From Takakia lepidozioides (taxonomy: Eukaryota; Plantae; Bryophyta): 64,000 nucleotides of DNA. Numbering within the stretch: position 1 is the first letter of the stretch; every line of letters begins with the position of its first letter. Location: assembly GCA_030704615.1 (NCBI GenBank), contig CM060731.1, positions 89,218,001-89,282,000 on the forward strand. The letters are read 5' to 3'. Below the pieces are notes generated by a model. It saw nothing but the letters and a program-made list of their open reading frames with translations. It did no database searches and was not told where the DNA came from. This document shows, piece by piece, positions 39,347 through 50,400 of this stretch. The position numbers and the translations under genes are program-made.

Positions 39347-39607
39347 TCAGCTGTACTTCTCGAAGAATTGGTGGTTTCGCAGACTTTCAATGAATCGCGA
39401 AGATGATGAATTACTCGTATGCTCTTCAAAACATAATGTCCAAGTAACTGACCCTGGAGTAAGATGCTGAAAGTATCCAATTGGGGAGTAAGTGTGATGC
39501 TCGTATGCTTCTGGAGAATGGCTCGGTGGCGAGTACGTTGATGGAGAGAGTGAAGTTTTCTGTGAAATCTTCAAGGAAATAATGTCGGGTGACCAGTCGA
39601 GGTTCAT
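39347..39607 (-). CDS. Short SP-rich ORF paralogous to the CTD-like ORF
   Basis: SLSPSTYSPPSHSP...TYSPIGYFQHLTPGS versus KYSPIGYFRHL*PGS. Confidence 0.5.
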   Translation of the reverse strand: MNLDWSPDIISLKISQKTSLSPSTYSPPSHSPEAYEHHTYSPIGYFQHLTPGSVTWTLCFEEHTSNSSSSRFIESLRNHQFFEKYS

Positions 39608-39789
39608 CTGTGACGGGCTGTGGTACTTCTGACGATTTACTGTAAAGCACTCGTAAACTGATCACCAACTAAATAATCTCCAACTGACTAACCACCAACT
39701 AATTGATTGGAGCTATCACAAGCAATGTCAAAAATCCTATTTATTGCTAGGTGTTTGATGCTATTATTGTTCCTGTAGCTGAATTGTAT

Positions 39790-40340
39790 AGTAGTCGTTT
39801 TGCTATTCCCATGCGAATAGTATCAGGTCCCCAGAGACTGTCATATTTAGACTCTCATATCAGCCACGGCCACCATCATTGACCAATATAAAACCATCAG
39901 CTGCATGTCAGCTGACAACTAGATCTTCGATTCATTGTATGCGACTCCAGAGAAACACCCTAGCCCACAAGTAGTTGGCCAGCAGCTTGAGATATTTCTC
40001 CGGGCTGTGATTGAATGAACTGGAGATTTCATTCTTAGCTGATGGTTTCATGTAGGTGGTGCCTGATTCCGATTTCAGAATATGACAGTCTCAGTGGACC
40101 TGATGTTGTTGGAATGGGAATAGCAAAAAGACTCCTATAGAAATCAGCTACATGAACATACGAAATATCAAGCACCTTGAAGTACATATGATTGTTGAGA
40201 CTGTTTGCACAGATTGTTAGCGACGGTGTTCCTCCTTTGGCGTCCAGTCCACATGAAAACAACGAGAATGTCGCTGGAGATTGACGTTCAATTGCTGACA
40301 TTCTGCCTCCTCGTAACACCATTTTGGTGTGCAATGATGG
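39790..40340 (-). pseudogene. Possible Ulp1/C48 protease-like cargo
   Basis: ICANSLNNHMYFKVLDIS..VADFYRSL loosely fits PIN..HW.L.V.D....YDSL; catalytic Cys not recognisable. Confidence 0.3.
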
Positions 40341-41943
40341 ACATCAGAACAGGTCAGCTCTTAGAAAAGCACGCGTGATCGCGCGATGTTAATCGTTGGT
40401 GTTCCTCGAAAGAATAATGGATCTCCAAACGAAAGATATAGGAACCAAATAAAACACCACGAGGATGTTGTCAATTGTTGGAGATCAGATTATGGAAGCA
40501 GGGAGAATGACTTCAAACAACTTAAAGACTAGGATTATAAGATACTTGAACAATCCGCCAGGGAACAAGTGACACCATCAGCCTCGATGATTTGAGTGCG
40601 TGTTCTAAAACACATCAATGAATCATCCAGGATGATGGTGTGAAATATTCCGGGACGGATTATCCGAATACCTTGAGTTCCCTCGCTGTAACTGACCTGA
40701 AGTAACTCACTATGCATGCAGAATCATCACATCTTCAAATGACAGCATTTTCATTGTTGAATGCGTGAGCATAGAAAAAACATCACTCCGACCAATCACA
40801 TGTGGCACTGTTGAGGTAATATAACACTTTGGCAGTCGACTGGAGAACCAGGACGATGCTGAAGTCCGCTTTTCGAACCATGAGTGATCACGCGACAGAT
40901 CTCTGCCTCTACCACCATTGAGAATCACAACGAGCCGAGTGCATCCAGATTTCAATCAACCACAAGGTGGCCATCAATTCGTCAGGGAAGGAATTTTGAA
41001 GCCGCCAAAATTACTTCAGTCCATTCGAAGAGAGATTTTAACAGAGCTTCACAATCTGCTCAGGAACAAATGAGACGACCATCATGGGAGCTTGAATTAC
41101 GAGATAGGAACCCGAATTCAGTCATAGACGATGATCGTGTCACTTGTTCCCCATCGTAATATGAAAACATCGGAAAAAATTTCTTCTCCTCCAACCTCCT
41201 CCAGCCTGATCAGTTATTGCTTAAACTGACAATGAAGTCAACTTGTTTTGATAACATCTGATGGCACTGCTGATCCATGCTAGCTCCACAAGAGGATATA
41301 TGAAGGAACCACGCGCGATCGCGCGTGATTTCTCTCAAACTTCGATGACTAACATTACAGCCGAAAGGATCTGGCATAACATTGACAAAGTTAAATAACG
41401 TATGTGTGTAATGAACAGGCCGGCCATAGTTTAATTCATCAATAACACAGAGTTGCTTCCCAAACGGCTCACACTCAACGTATATGTTCGAGATCGCCGT
41501 CGGTTACCACTAATGGCGGGATTCTGTGCTCCCGAGGAAATGGATACAATGGGAGATTGATGTAAGATATGACCAGACACCTCACTGGTAGTTGTACTTG
41601 ATGACCTTGACAAACGTAAAGCCTCGCAGTCCCTCCGCTCAGCCTTATGCTGTCGTTCCTCTTTCTTCTCCTGTCGAATTTGATTGTGAACTTGACACTG
41701 GAATATAACTGTGTGGAGGCAGCACACAAGGGAATTGTTAAAGAAAATACAAAGATCATTGAAATATCATTGATCTCACAAAAGTCATGTGAAGTCAACA
41801 AACGAAAAAGTACAAATGGACGTTGAAGTAAAGCTGATGGACTAGACACAAAATAGGGCAATGTTAAACTACGTACCCAGATTATCAGGATCTTTTTGAG
41901 GGGGGTGCCAAACAGAAGCATCAATAAATCTTCCAAACTAGGA

Positions 41944-42604
41944 CTAGTAGACGTGATTTCGACCTATCGGAGGGCAGGAAGATTTGCAGGAGTTCTTGCC
42001 GACGTAATCAACAACGGACTGGGCTCCAATCAAGCCAGAGAGAAAAGGCCACAAAGCTTTGGTGAGGTCAACCAAATCCTCCAAATTGCTTGATTCCTTG
42101 AATGTGATGGGGAAGACTCTAGTATTCACTGGGTTTCGGAGTGCCTTGGAAGGGTCATCGTCGACCAGTAGAATTTTCCCCTGCCTAGCAAATTCTTTCC
42201 CACTAAATTTTACGAGAATACTCTTAATATCTTTAATAAGATATTTCATTCCATGCTTAATATGACCAGCTGTATCTGTGCAATGCTCGGTAGACCATAT
42301 GAAACGAAATTGTTTCATAATTTCCGGAGGAACGAAACACTCCAACATCTTGAATACAGTATCCCTCTCAGAGCAAGACCAAATCGCTACATGAAAATGA
42401 GTCAATGCAAGTCAAAGAAACTCCAGGACTCCAGGTTGGAACTACAAATGGTCTTGCGGGCACCCGAATTGTTACTTTCCTCAAGTGGAACCTCTGTTTA
42501 AACAACTCACATCCGATAGGAGGTGGCCTGTAGCAAAGAAGTCCATTGACACTCAGTACCAGCAACATGCGTTTGTGTTTCCGGACACCACACATTTCTT
42601 GAGT
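41944..42604 (-). pseudogene. Full FCP1/NIF phosphatase-like domain (frameshifted)
   Basis: KRMLLVLSVNGLL...FHVAIWS...FIWSTEHC...LIKDI...ILLVDDDPSKALRNP; the first catalytic Asp position is Ser. Confidence 0.8.
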
Positions 42605-43030
42605 TCCGTTATATACCGGCCGATCACCATTACTCCAGACAAGGTGGACTTAATTACTCATCCCTCAGTCTTCTTGATGGTTTCTACTTCAAGACACAAA
42701 ATGACATCCCCTCATACCTCAACAGTCATGTACACATTAATAGTTTATGCAACTCAGACCATTATCCCGTCTCAGTCACCATCCCAGCATCCATCATCCC
42801 CTTTCGACCTATCCCACCCATACATGTTTCACCGCCGCAATCTAGAATCTTATCCCCACTTCCCCACAATAACATAATCGCCTTTCTAAAACACTTCCAG
42901 CCAACATCCTTACACCTCATGCTAAGACTCTCCGATATACTTTCCGAAGCAAACCTCGCGCAGTCCCCTAACAAAACATGGAATGACGCCGAGACCATAC
43001 TCACAACTTCAATGCAAGAAATGACCAAAA
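42605..43030 (+). pseudogene. C-terminal part of the LINE AP endonuclease and linker
   Basis: RYIPADHHYSRQGGLNYSSLSLLDGFY...NSDHYPVSVTI continues WEKFTHSHH from 21245. Confidence 0.85.
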
Positions 43031-46000
43031 GTGTGATTGGACGAGGAGTATGTCCGGGCAAAGTCGAGCGGGCCATGAGCATGGTGATCGGGTACATATG
43101 CACGGTAGTAGCCACGGTGGTACTGTGTGGTCGGGTAGTCCCTGGTAGGTGCCTGCATTCATGAGCGAGAACCAACGGGTTTCAGCACGTTTTAGAAAGA
43201 GCTTGTGAGGTGCCAGACTGCCTGGTTATGATGCGTGATATGCAAGCCATATATAACTGGGTGTGTACATTGGCTAAGGAGATGTGGCCAAGTGTCACGA
43301 GCTTGGTGGGTGGTTGCACATAACGGGCAGTATGGGGATGGGAACAGATGTGGCCAAAAGATGTGTTTGCGCTGGTGGCCCATGTATTGGGCATATCGGA
43401 ATTTGAGTGTTTGTCGGATTTGTGCATCGGTGGTGGCTTTGGTTAGCCAGAAATAATTGGAGAGTTTATGGTGCAGTACATTAGATTGAGTCCATTTTTG
43501 GATGTGTACTTTGGTATGGCTGATGGAGGTTGCCGCTTGTTTATTTGCTTATTTGATTAGAGTGGTCAGGAGGTTTCGGACTGGTCTGGGTGCAGGGGGG
43601 TCCGGAACTGGGCATATAAACCAGAAGGGATGGGTGTGGGCGATGTGAATAGGGTTGTTCGAGGGTTCAACTATGGTTTGGGAGGCGCCGAGTTGGGCGA
43701 GTAGGTCTGCTTCTTCATTACCATGGATGCTAGTATGCGAACGGACTTTGAGTATATGGACTGGGTGGCCTAGGGAGATGGCCCTCTGGACAATAGCGGC
43801 AATGAGGTTGCGGTCGGGGTGATGATGATGGGCAGAGGGGTGGGAAATGTGGTTGCGAATGAGGAATAGTGAGGTAAGGCTGTCGGTGAAGATGTAGTGT
43901 GGGGGGGGGGAGGTGTCAAGTAGAGAAAGGGCGTCATAAATGGCCATGAGTTTAGCCCGGAGGATGGTGGCAGGGCCAGGGAGCCTGAGGGCAACGCCTT
44001 GACTGGTGCCGGCGTGATAGATTCCATACCCTGCATTAGATTTGGTGAGGGATCCATCAGTATAATGTGAATTGGCCAGTGGGTATTTGGGGATGGTGTT
44101 TTGTTGATATATTGCAGGGATTGGGGTAGAGGTGTTATTGGCGTGACTTGGGAAGGGCATGGTGTCGCAATGTTTCAAGCTTTGTTGGTTTTTTATCTGG
44201 GACAATGTGGTGGGTGTATGGGTGTGGGAGAGGATGGTTGGATAATGGATGGTGGCCTATATTTTATGAGTGATGGTGAGCAATTGTTCAAGCTGAGAAA
44301 AGAAAGATGGCGGTATGGCTGTATGCCGGGGGTTTTGGATGTGTAGAATCAGGGTTAGGGTGGGTTCTTTCCGTTTGAGATATTTGGGAAGAGGAGGGGT
44401 GTGAATATACTTAAGCTGGTTTGGGTCAATTGTGGCGAGTAGATTGACCCCTTCTGGGAGTTATAGAAGAGGGTGAGAGATATTAAGAGTGTTTTGTTGT
44501 GTGAAGATGAGGATTGTGGATGCAATAGGAGAGGAGTGCGCAACAAGTTTTGCCCATTGAAGAGCTTCGTGAGAAGGAGAACCAGGTGGAAGGTGGGCAA
44601 GGCCCTGGCCTTCCCAAGTGTGTTGGGTGGCAGTACCAGTGGCTCCCAAGATACAGTCTCTGTGGTGCGGGCTAGAGAATGTGGGCAATGCCATAGGGCA
44701 TGTCAGTGGGTTGGAGTAATATGAATGAGTAAGCTGGAATGTGTTGATAAGTAAAGAGAGAATATCTTGGGGTATAGTATGGTGCGCACATGCTGTTTCC
44801 AATTTAGTGAGGGACCGCGGTTTCTTGGGGGGAGTGTCTTTGAGGTAGCGATCAACCAGCCAATATAATTCGGTAGCAAAGTCTTGTTTTGGGGGTTGTA
44901 GCGATTGTGGGGATGAGGTAGTAGTAGAGTATTTCTCCCAGAGCCACGTTAGTCTTGTATTGGTGATGAGGCCGATGAAGCGGCCATGTTGAGCGTAAAT
45001 GTTGGAAAGGCGGGGGCCCATGTGGATTAGAGGTTGATCATGCTTGACATCTTTGTCAGGATTACATTCAGTTATGTAGATGTGCACGTTGGGGGCATAG
45101 AGTGGTTGATGTATATATCTGTTATCTGTAGGTTGGGCGGGAGTGGTGTGTTGTTGGTACATGTGTGTTAGAAGTTGGTGTTGGTTTGTTTATAGAAGGT
45201 GGTGAGGAGGGCAAGATTGTGTTCGGGGTCGCAATCGTTATGTAGGTCGAACAGGTCGTTTTCTATCTGCCATGTGTTGTCTGCGGAAGAGTACCCAACC
45301 CATTGACAGTGATAGTATGTATCAATGCAGGTGGCTCCAAAGGCATCAATGGACGTTTGGGTTTTAACTCCTAGTATAACTTCAATGATGTAAGCATTAT
45401 TATTGTCGTCATATTGTGGTGAGGATGGGGGGGATGGTGCGGTGGTTAGGGGGGTGTGGGATCCTTGCATAGTAGGTGAGGGATTGGATGACGTATGCAA
45501 GTGGCGGATAGGTTCAGGATGTTGTGTGTTAGTTACTTGAGAGGGGAAATCAGATTCTATGTCTATTTGGGTATTGGTGGCATATGCCGTTTTGAGTGTT
45601 TGGTAGATGGAAATAGTAGGGGTAGAACGGTACTGGGGGAGCAGGTCTTGAGCCATATGCGGATAGTAGAGGCATGGGAGGTCACATTGTAGAGTGCAGG
45701 CGGTCGAGGGATGGCAGAAGAGGGTACGAAGATGATGCAGGTAACGATTGGTTTTGGTCGTGGCTCGAGAGAATTTAAGAGTGAATTCGCTAGGTTTTAA
45801 AAGTCTATGGCCAGTGGCGGTAGTAAGTTGGATGAGGATGGTGATGTGTCGTTCTTTGAAATATGTGAGGATGGGGACCTTTTGTTTGAGATAAGAAATG
45901 TCAAATTATGGTAGAGAAGGGCTTGTAAGCCATGCGCGTTCTAAGGGTGATGAGGTGTTAGGATAGTCAGGCAGATCAGTTTGTATGCTAATTTTCATTT

Positions 46001-47425
46001 GGCGCAGGATGAGTAGTGTGCGTGCAGTGAGGGAGTGTAGGCGGCTTGTGGGTGCAGGGATGATAATGAGTATAGGCCATTGTATTTAGATGCAAGGTAT
46101 TTGAGAAGTCCCTGATAAATGATACCTAGACGCCCATGATCGTTGAGTGCTTCTTTTAATTGAGTGCCTAATGTACGAGCATATGAGATGATTAATGGGC
46201 TCGAACCAATGCCGTAGTGGTCCGTAGGTAGTTGTGTGAGGGCATTGGGGGTGCTAGTTGGTAGACCACATACACGTTTTGTTAGCTGGATAATACTTTT
46301 ATCAAGTTTTTTATGTCTAATAAGAAGGGTGCGGCGTGGAACGAGTATTGAATATGTGTTTGTAGTACTGATTGAATGATTGATAGTTTTGGTCGAATGA
46401 CAATTGGGGATTTGAGCAAAACAATACTTTTGGTAGTGAGTTTGGATAATGTAGATTCTTTTGGATATGCCAAATAAGGGAGGGAACGAGTTGTATGCCT
46501 AAGTAAGTGTATGGCTCGTCTGGTCCTAGGAAGGGGAAGGGTGTGTTTTGGTAGTGTACATAGAGTTTACAATGTGAGGCTATGGCAGTTTTGGTGAGCC
46601 GACTATGATGTGTGGCGGCTGTGATGACGCACTTGTGTAAGCTGAGTTCCATGCCTGACCATAGGTTGAATCTGAGTAGTTTATTAACTTGTCGGTTGAG
46701 GTGTTGTGGTTTATGTGCCAGGATGACTAGGTTGTCTGCATATGCTGTAGCTGAGATGTCACTTGAGGAGGTTTTGTAATGATAGCCAAGCGTGCCTCGA
46801 GCTAGCCATCGAAGTAGGGGTTCTAGGAAGATAATGAATAGGTAGGGGCTTAAGGTGTCACCCTGGATAGTTCCACGAAGGATGGGGATAGGCGGGGTGG
46901 AGCCATAATATGTGCCAAAGTATTCAGTAGTGGTGTTTGTGTAGATGTTTCCTATTAATTGGACGGCATCGGTGGGGTACCCAAGATCAAGCGTGATAGC
47001 AAGTAATCTGGCATGGTCTAGGGAGCCGAAGACATTTTTAAAATCGATATATAGAAGATAGATGTCTTGCTTTGTAAGTTTAGCATCTTCAAGTGCGGAG
47101 AGAACATATTGTATTTGTCGTGTTGTACTACGTGTAGCTCGGAATCCTTCTTGGGGGTCATTGAGAATTTGGTGTTGCTCGCCATATCTTGATAACATTG
47201 TGGTGAGCGTACTGGTGAATAGCTTGTATATGGTGTTGGCCAGTGCTATGGGTCTGTAATTACTGAGATCTGTAGGATCACCTTTTTTGAAGAGTAGAAT
47301 GGTCCGACTGTGTTTCCAGGTGTGTGGGATTCGTTTTAGTTTGTAACAGAGTTGAAAGAATTTAAAAAGGAGGTAGTGAAGTTGAGGGTTTAATGCTTGA
47401 AGTATAACATTGGGTATAAGATCTT
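43031..47425 (-). pseudogene. LINE RT, chromodomain, RNase H, CCHC finger and start of a restriction-like endonuclease (Dualen/RandI-like)
   Basis: NYRPIAL..QEGFR..GTIQGDTLSP..AYADN (RT); YIIEVIL..YHCQWVGYSSADNTW (chromo); YTDGS..FTDSL..KVRSH..GNEEAD (RNase H); CPLC..HLLSQC..HNQAV..RLCPDIL. Confidence 0.85.
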
Positions 47426-50400
47426 TTGAGACATGATTCGTAAAGATCAATTGTGAATAGGTCTGGAAAACCGGCCCGTTAACTGTCATCACAGCCGGCA
47501 CTCGAGGTGGCCTTCATAACGCCAGTATCACGGACATACACGATAACTTCCAAAATCCCATTCTTCCCATCCACAAATGTTTCAAAGAAATCCATCTCAC
47601 GGCATTCCGTTCACTCACAGCTATTATCACCAACAAACGCCAACTGGAATCCGACACTTCAAACGCACCTTAGGTCCTCCAGGATACCCCTGGGTACCTA
47701 GGGGTACCCTCGCCCCCTCTATTCTTAGCGGTCACCTGGTGTCCCCCTGGACACTTTTTTGTTATAAGGCCCACCCCCGAAAGGGGGCAGTAGCCGCAAG
47801 GTGAAGTGACTCTTAGTTACGCCGGCCTCGGCTGGAGTCTTCTCTCTCTCCAACAATATTTGTTATATGAACAGTACGTCAATCAACGGATAAGCCTAAA
47901 GTTTGCAAGACCCAAATTCGACAAATCTCTAAACTATATTGGAAAAAATCTAAACTATTCGGTATGTGCAAGAAAAAAGTATTTAAAGCTCGGGTAGAAG
48001 CCTGAGATGCACAAAATCTGAGCTGGAAATGTGATGAAATAGATGACTAGATAATTGCTAGCACATACAATGGAAATCTGGATCAATGGGTTGACACTGG
48101 CTTGACCAAGGAACGGTTGGTTGCATGGTTCCCTCAATGGTCCCCACCTGGTTCTCGAATTGGGGCCTTTGTTCCAAAATGATAAGAATATATGAATCGA
48201 GACGTTTGTTTGTTTCTTTGTTTTGTTTTGTTTTGTTTTGTAGCGTTGAGATGTCCCAAACCGCAGGCTCCGGCGCTGGTGCTTGGTACCGTTGGAAAGC
48301 CCTCGACGAGGAGGGGTGCACGGGTTTGGTCTCACGATTTTTGGACCTGCGGTGTGGGAGATGTGGAATTTTAAGTACTTTGGGTCACTGGAAATTCACG
48401 AAAAAATGCAAAGTGGGCATTCCCGGGACAATGGTTGGAGCCTCGACAGGAGAGATATCAAGGGAAAGGTTTCCGGTTCAAATCTGATCGTAGGCTCTGC
48501 TTGGACCTAGATGACATTGGACACTTGGGCCAACGGCACAGGCTACCCTAGTAAGAATGGCTTAGGTCATTTAATGCATTCCAAAGTCCAAAGGACTTTG
48601 CCAAGTCACCAAAGAGGAAACCGAATCTCAGGAAGAGAATACAGGTGTGGGTGTAGCGAAAAGTCAGTGTTTGTGGAGCATCCGCATTTGAGCAACCAGA
48701 CATCCCTCTGAGTCCTCCGCTATGGCAGCTGTCGGTGGACTATCGTTGTCTACAGTTCAAAGTGGCGCAATTTAGTAGGTAGATTGAACTTGATCAACTG
48801 AATGTAGGCATGCCTGAATTTCAAGGAAAAAAACATCTCTGAAAGGGCCCCACACATCACAAAAATAAAATGAAGATTTGCAAGTGCGGAATTGTGGGTT
48901 TCCAGTCTTGTGGCCGGTTTGATTTGGAGATGTAATCTATCATACCTCTTAAAAATCCATTAAACCTTTCATGGTAGAGATTTATCGGAAGAACTCAAGG
49001 AATATGCGAGTTACGGTATCCAGAGGACAAAATTAATGTGACTGGAAGACTTGGCAGAGGTGGAGCTATGCCTGGATAGGATGCGGCGAGTAAGGCAGGA
49101 GCCATCGCATTTACCGTCCAAATTTCGAGAATGTGTGTTTTGAATGTGAATTTACCGTCCTAAATGTGGGACGCGCTTGCGCTCTGCATCTAAGGAGGGA
49201 AGGAAGGCCATGGATCTTTGAGCTCGCAGATCTAGGAGTTTGGCAGGATGGGCGAGGTGAAGGGAGCACAATCTCGGTCTCTGAACGGAAGGTGCTACGA
49301 AGCCTGCTCGCTGGGGCGTGGCCTGGACGTAGCCCCACCACCAGCATGCAGAGTGCTTGTTCAACGGAGAGCTGGACCCGATGCTATGGCCGTGGGCCCG
49401 GTTCCACCTCTCCCAAGAGAGACCTACAGTACAAGCTGCACGTGATACAGTATTGTGTTAACAAGCTACCCTTTTTTAGTTTTCATTGATCCTTCATACC
49501 GCATAGGCCTATCTCTCGTGCAAGACCCACCTTACCCTGAGTGTCTAAAAGAAGGATCCACAACAAGTCTGAGTGTCGATCTTCTCGCAGTTACTGACCC
49601 TTAACTGTATAGGAAGTCACAGGCAAGTCGCAATACCATATCATCACTGAGGTGTAAAGCCTGACTCCTGTTTGAGCTGACTTCGGCTGGTTCGCACCTA
49701 CAAGACCCTTGGAGAATATCCAGGCAGGAAAGCCTAGGGCAACTACTACTGTCAAAGTCAATGCAAACCCTTAACACCAGAGGTGTGGACAATCACAGAA
49801 GACGCCAATGAAGGGTCCAAGAGAATCCTATCCATATCTGGAAAATACAAATGTCTTAGCATGCGGACTGTGTGATAGGCATCAACCACGGCCAGGCCAG
49901 GGGGTCACTCGCCAGTCCCAAATTCCCAACCAGCATGGCTGTTGCGGTCCTGCATCTCGTCACCATGTGTCAGGCATGTACACGAGGCGACGTAGTGCAG
50001 CGCCGCCTCGGGTCATCACTCTCGGTTATTAACCTCATCATCATATCCGGAAAACCCACTACATACTTTGCAAAGTTTTTGAACGCGGATTGCTCAGTGA
50101 AGAACTTGTGTACATCATTCACATTCACCTATCGATTGCCGGATCTCGAATGCTATCACTTAGAAACGCTCCAGAACAGTCCAAAAATCAATGGGCTATC
50201 TTTGTGGCGGACAAGTCACAATGGAAATGATACCAGTGAGGGTGATGAGCGACATCTAGTTCTAATAATGTCCGCGAGTCAAGCAAGTGGACTTAACATG
50301 TAGCCATGTAAGATTTCACCTCTGCAATTTCGACGCCGCCCAGCAAGCCTGTTATTCCAGTAGGCGAATCTTCCAAAACCATACGCGCCGTCTGAACGAA

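Larger units (their letters stand above)
21489..41330. promoter_or_regulatory. Eleven dispersed palindromes, core CGCGCGATCGCGCG, extended consensus AACCWCGCGCGATCGCGCGWGGTT
   Basis: Cores start at 21494, 22594, 23692, 25445, 25533, 25621, 28592, 28734, 30153, 40372 and 41312; not seen outside the DUF7869 element blocks. Confidence 0.85.
38280..42604. mobile_element. Large DUF7869-type DNA transposon, block 2
   Basis: Two copies of the palindrome; YSPIGYF..HL.PGS peptide shared with 27201-27647; right edge rejoins 21246 in frame. Confidence 0.7.

Noticed and set aside
21489-41330. Palindromes as a CRISPR array
   Set aside because: Irregular spacing from ~90 bp to 10 kb, located in introns, no cas genes, eukaryotic context.
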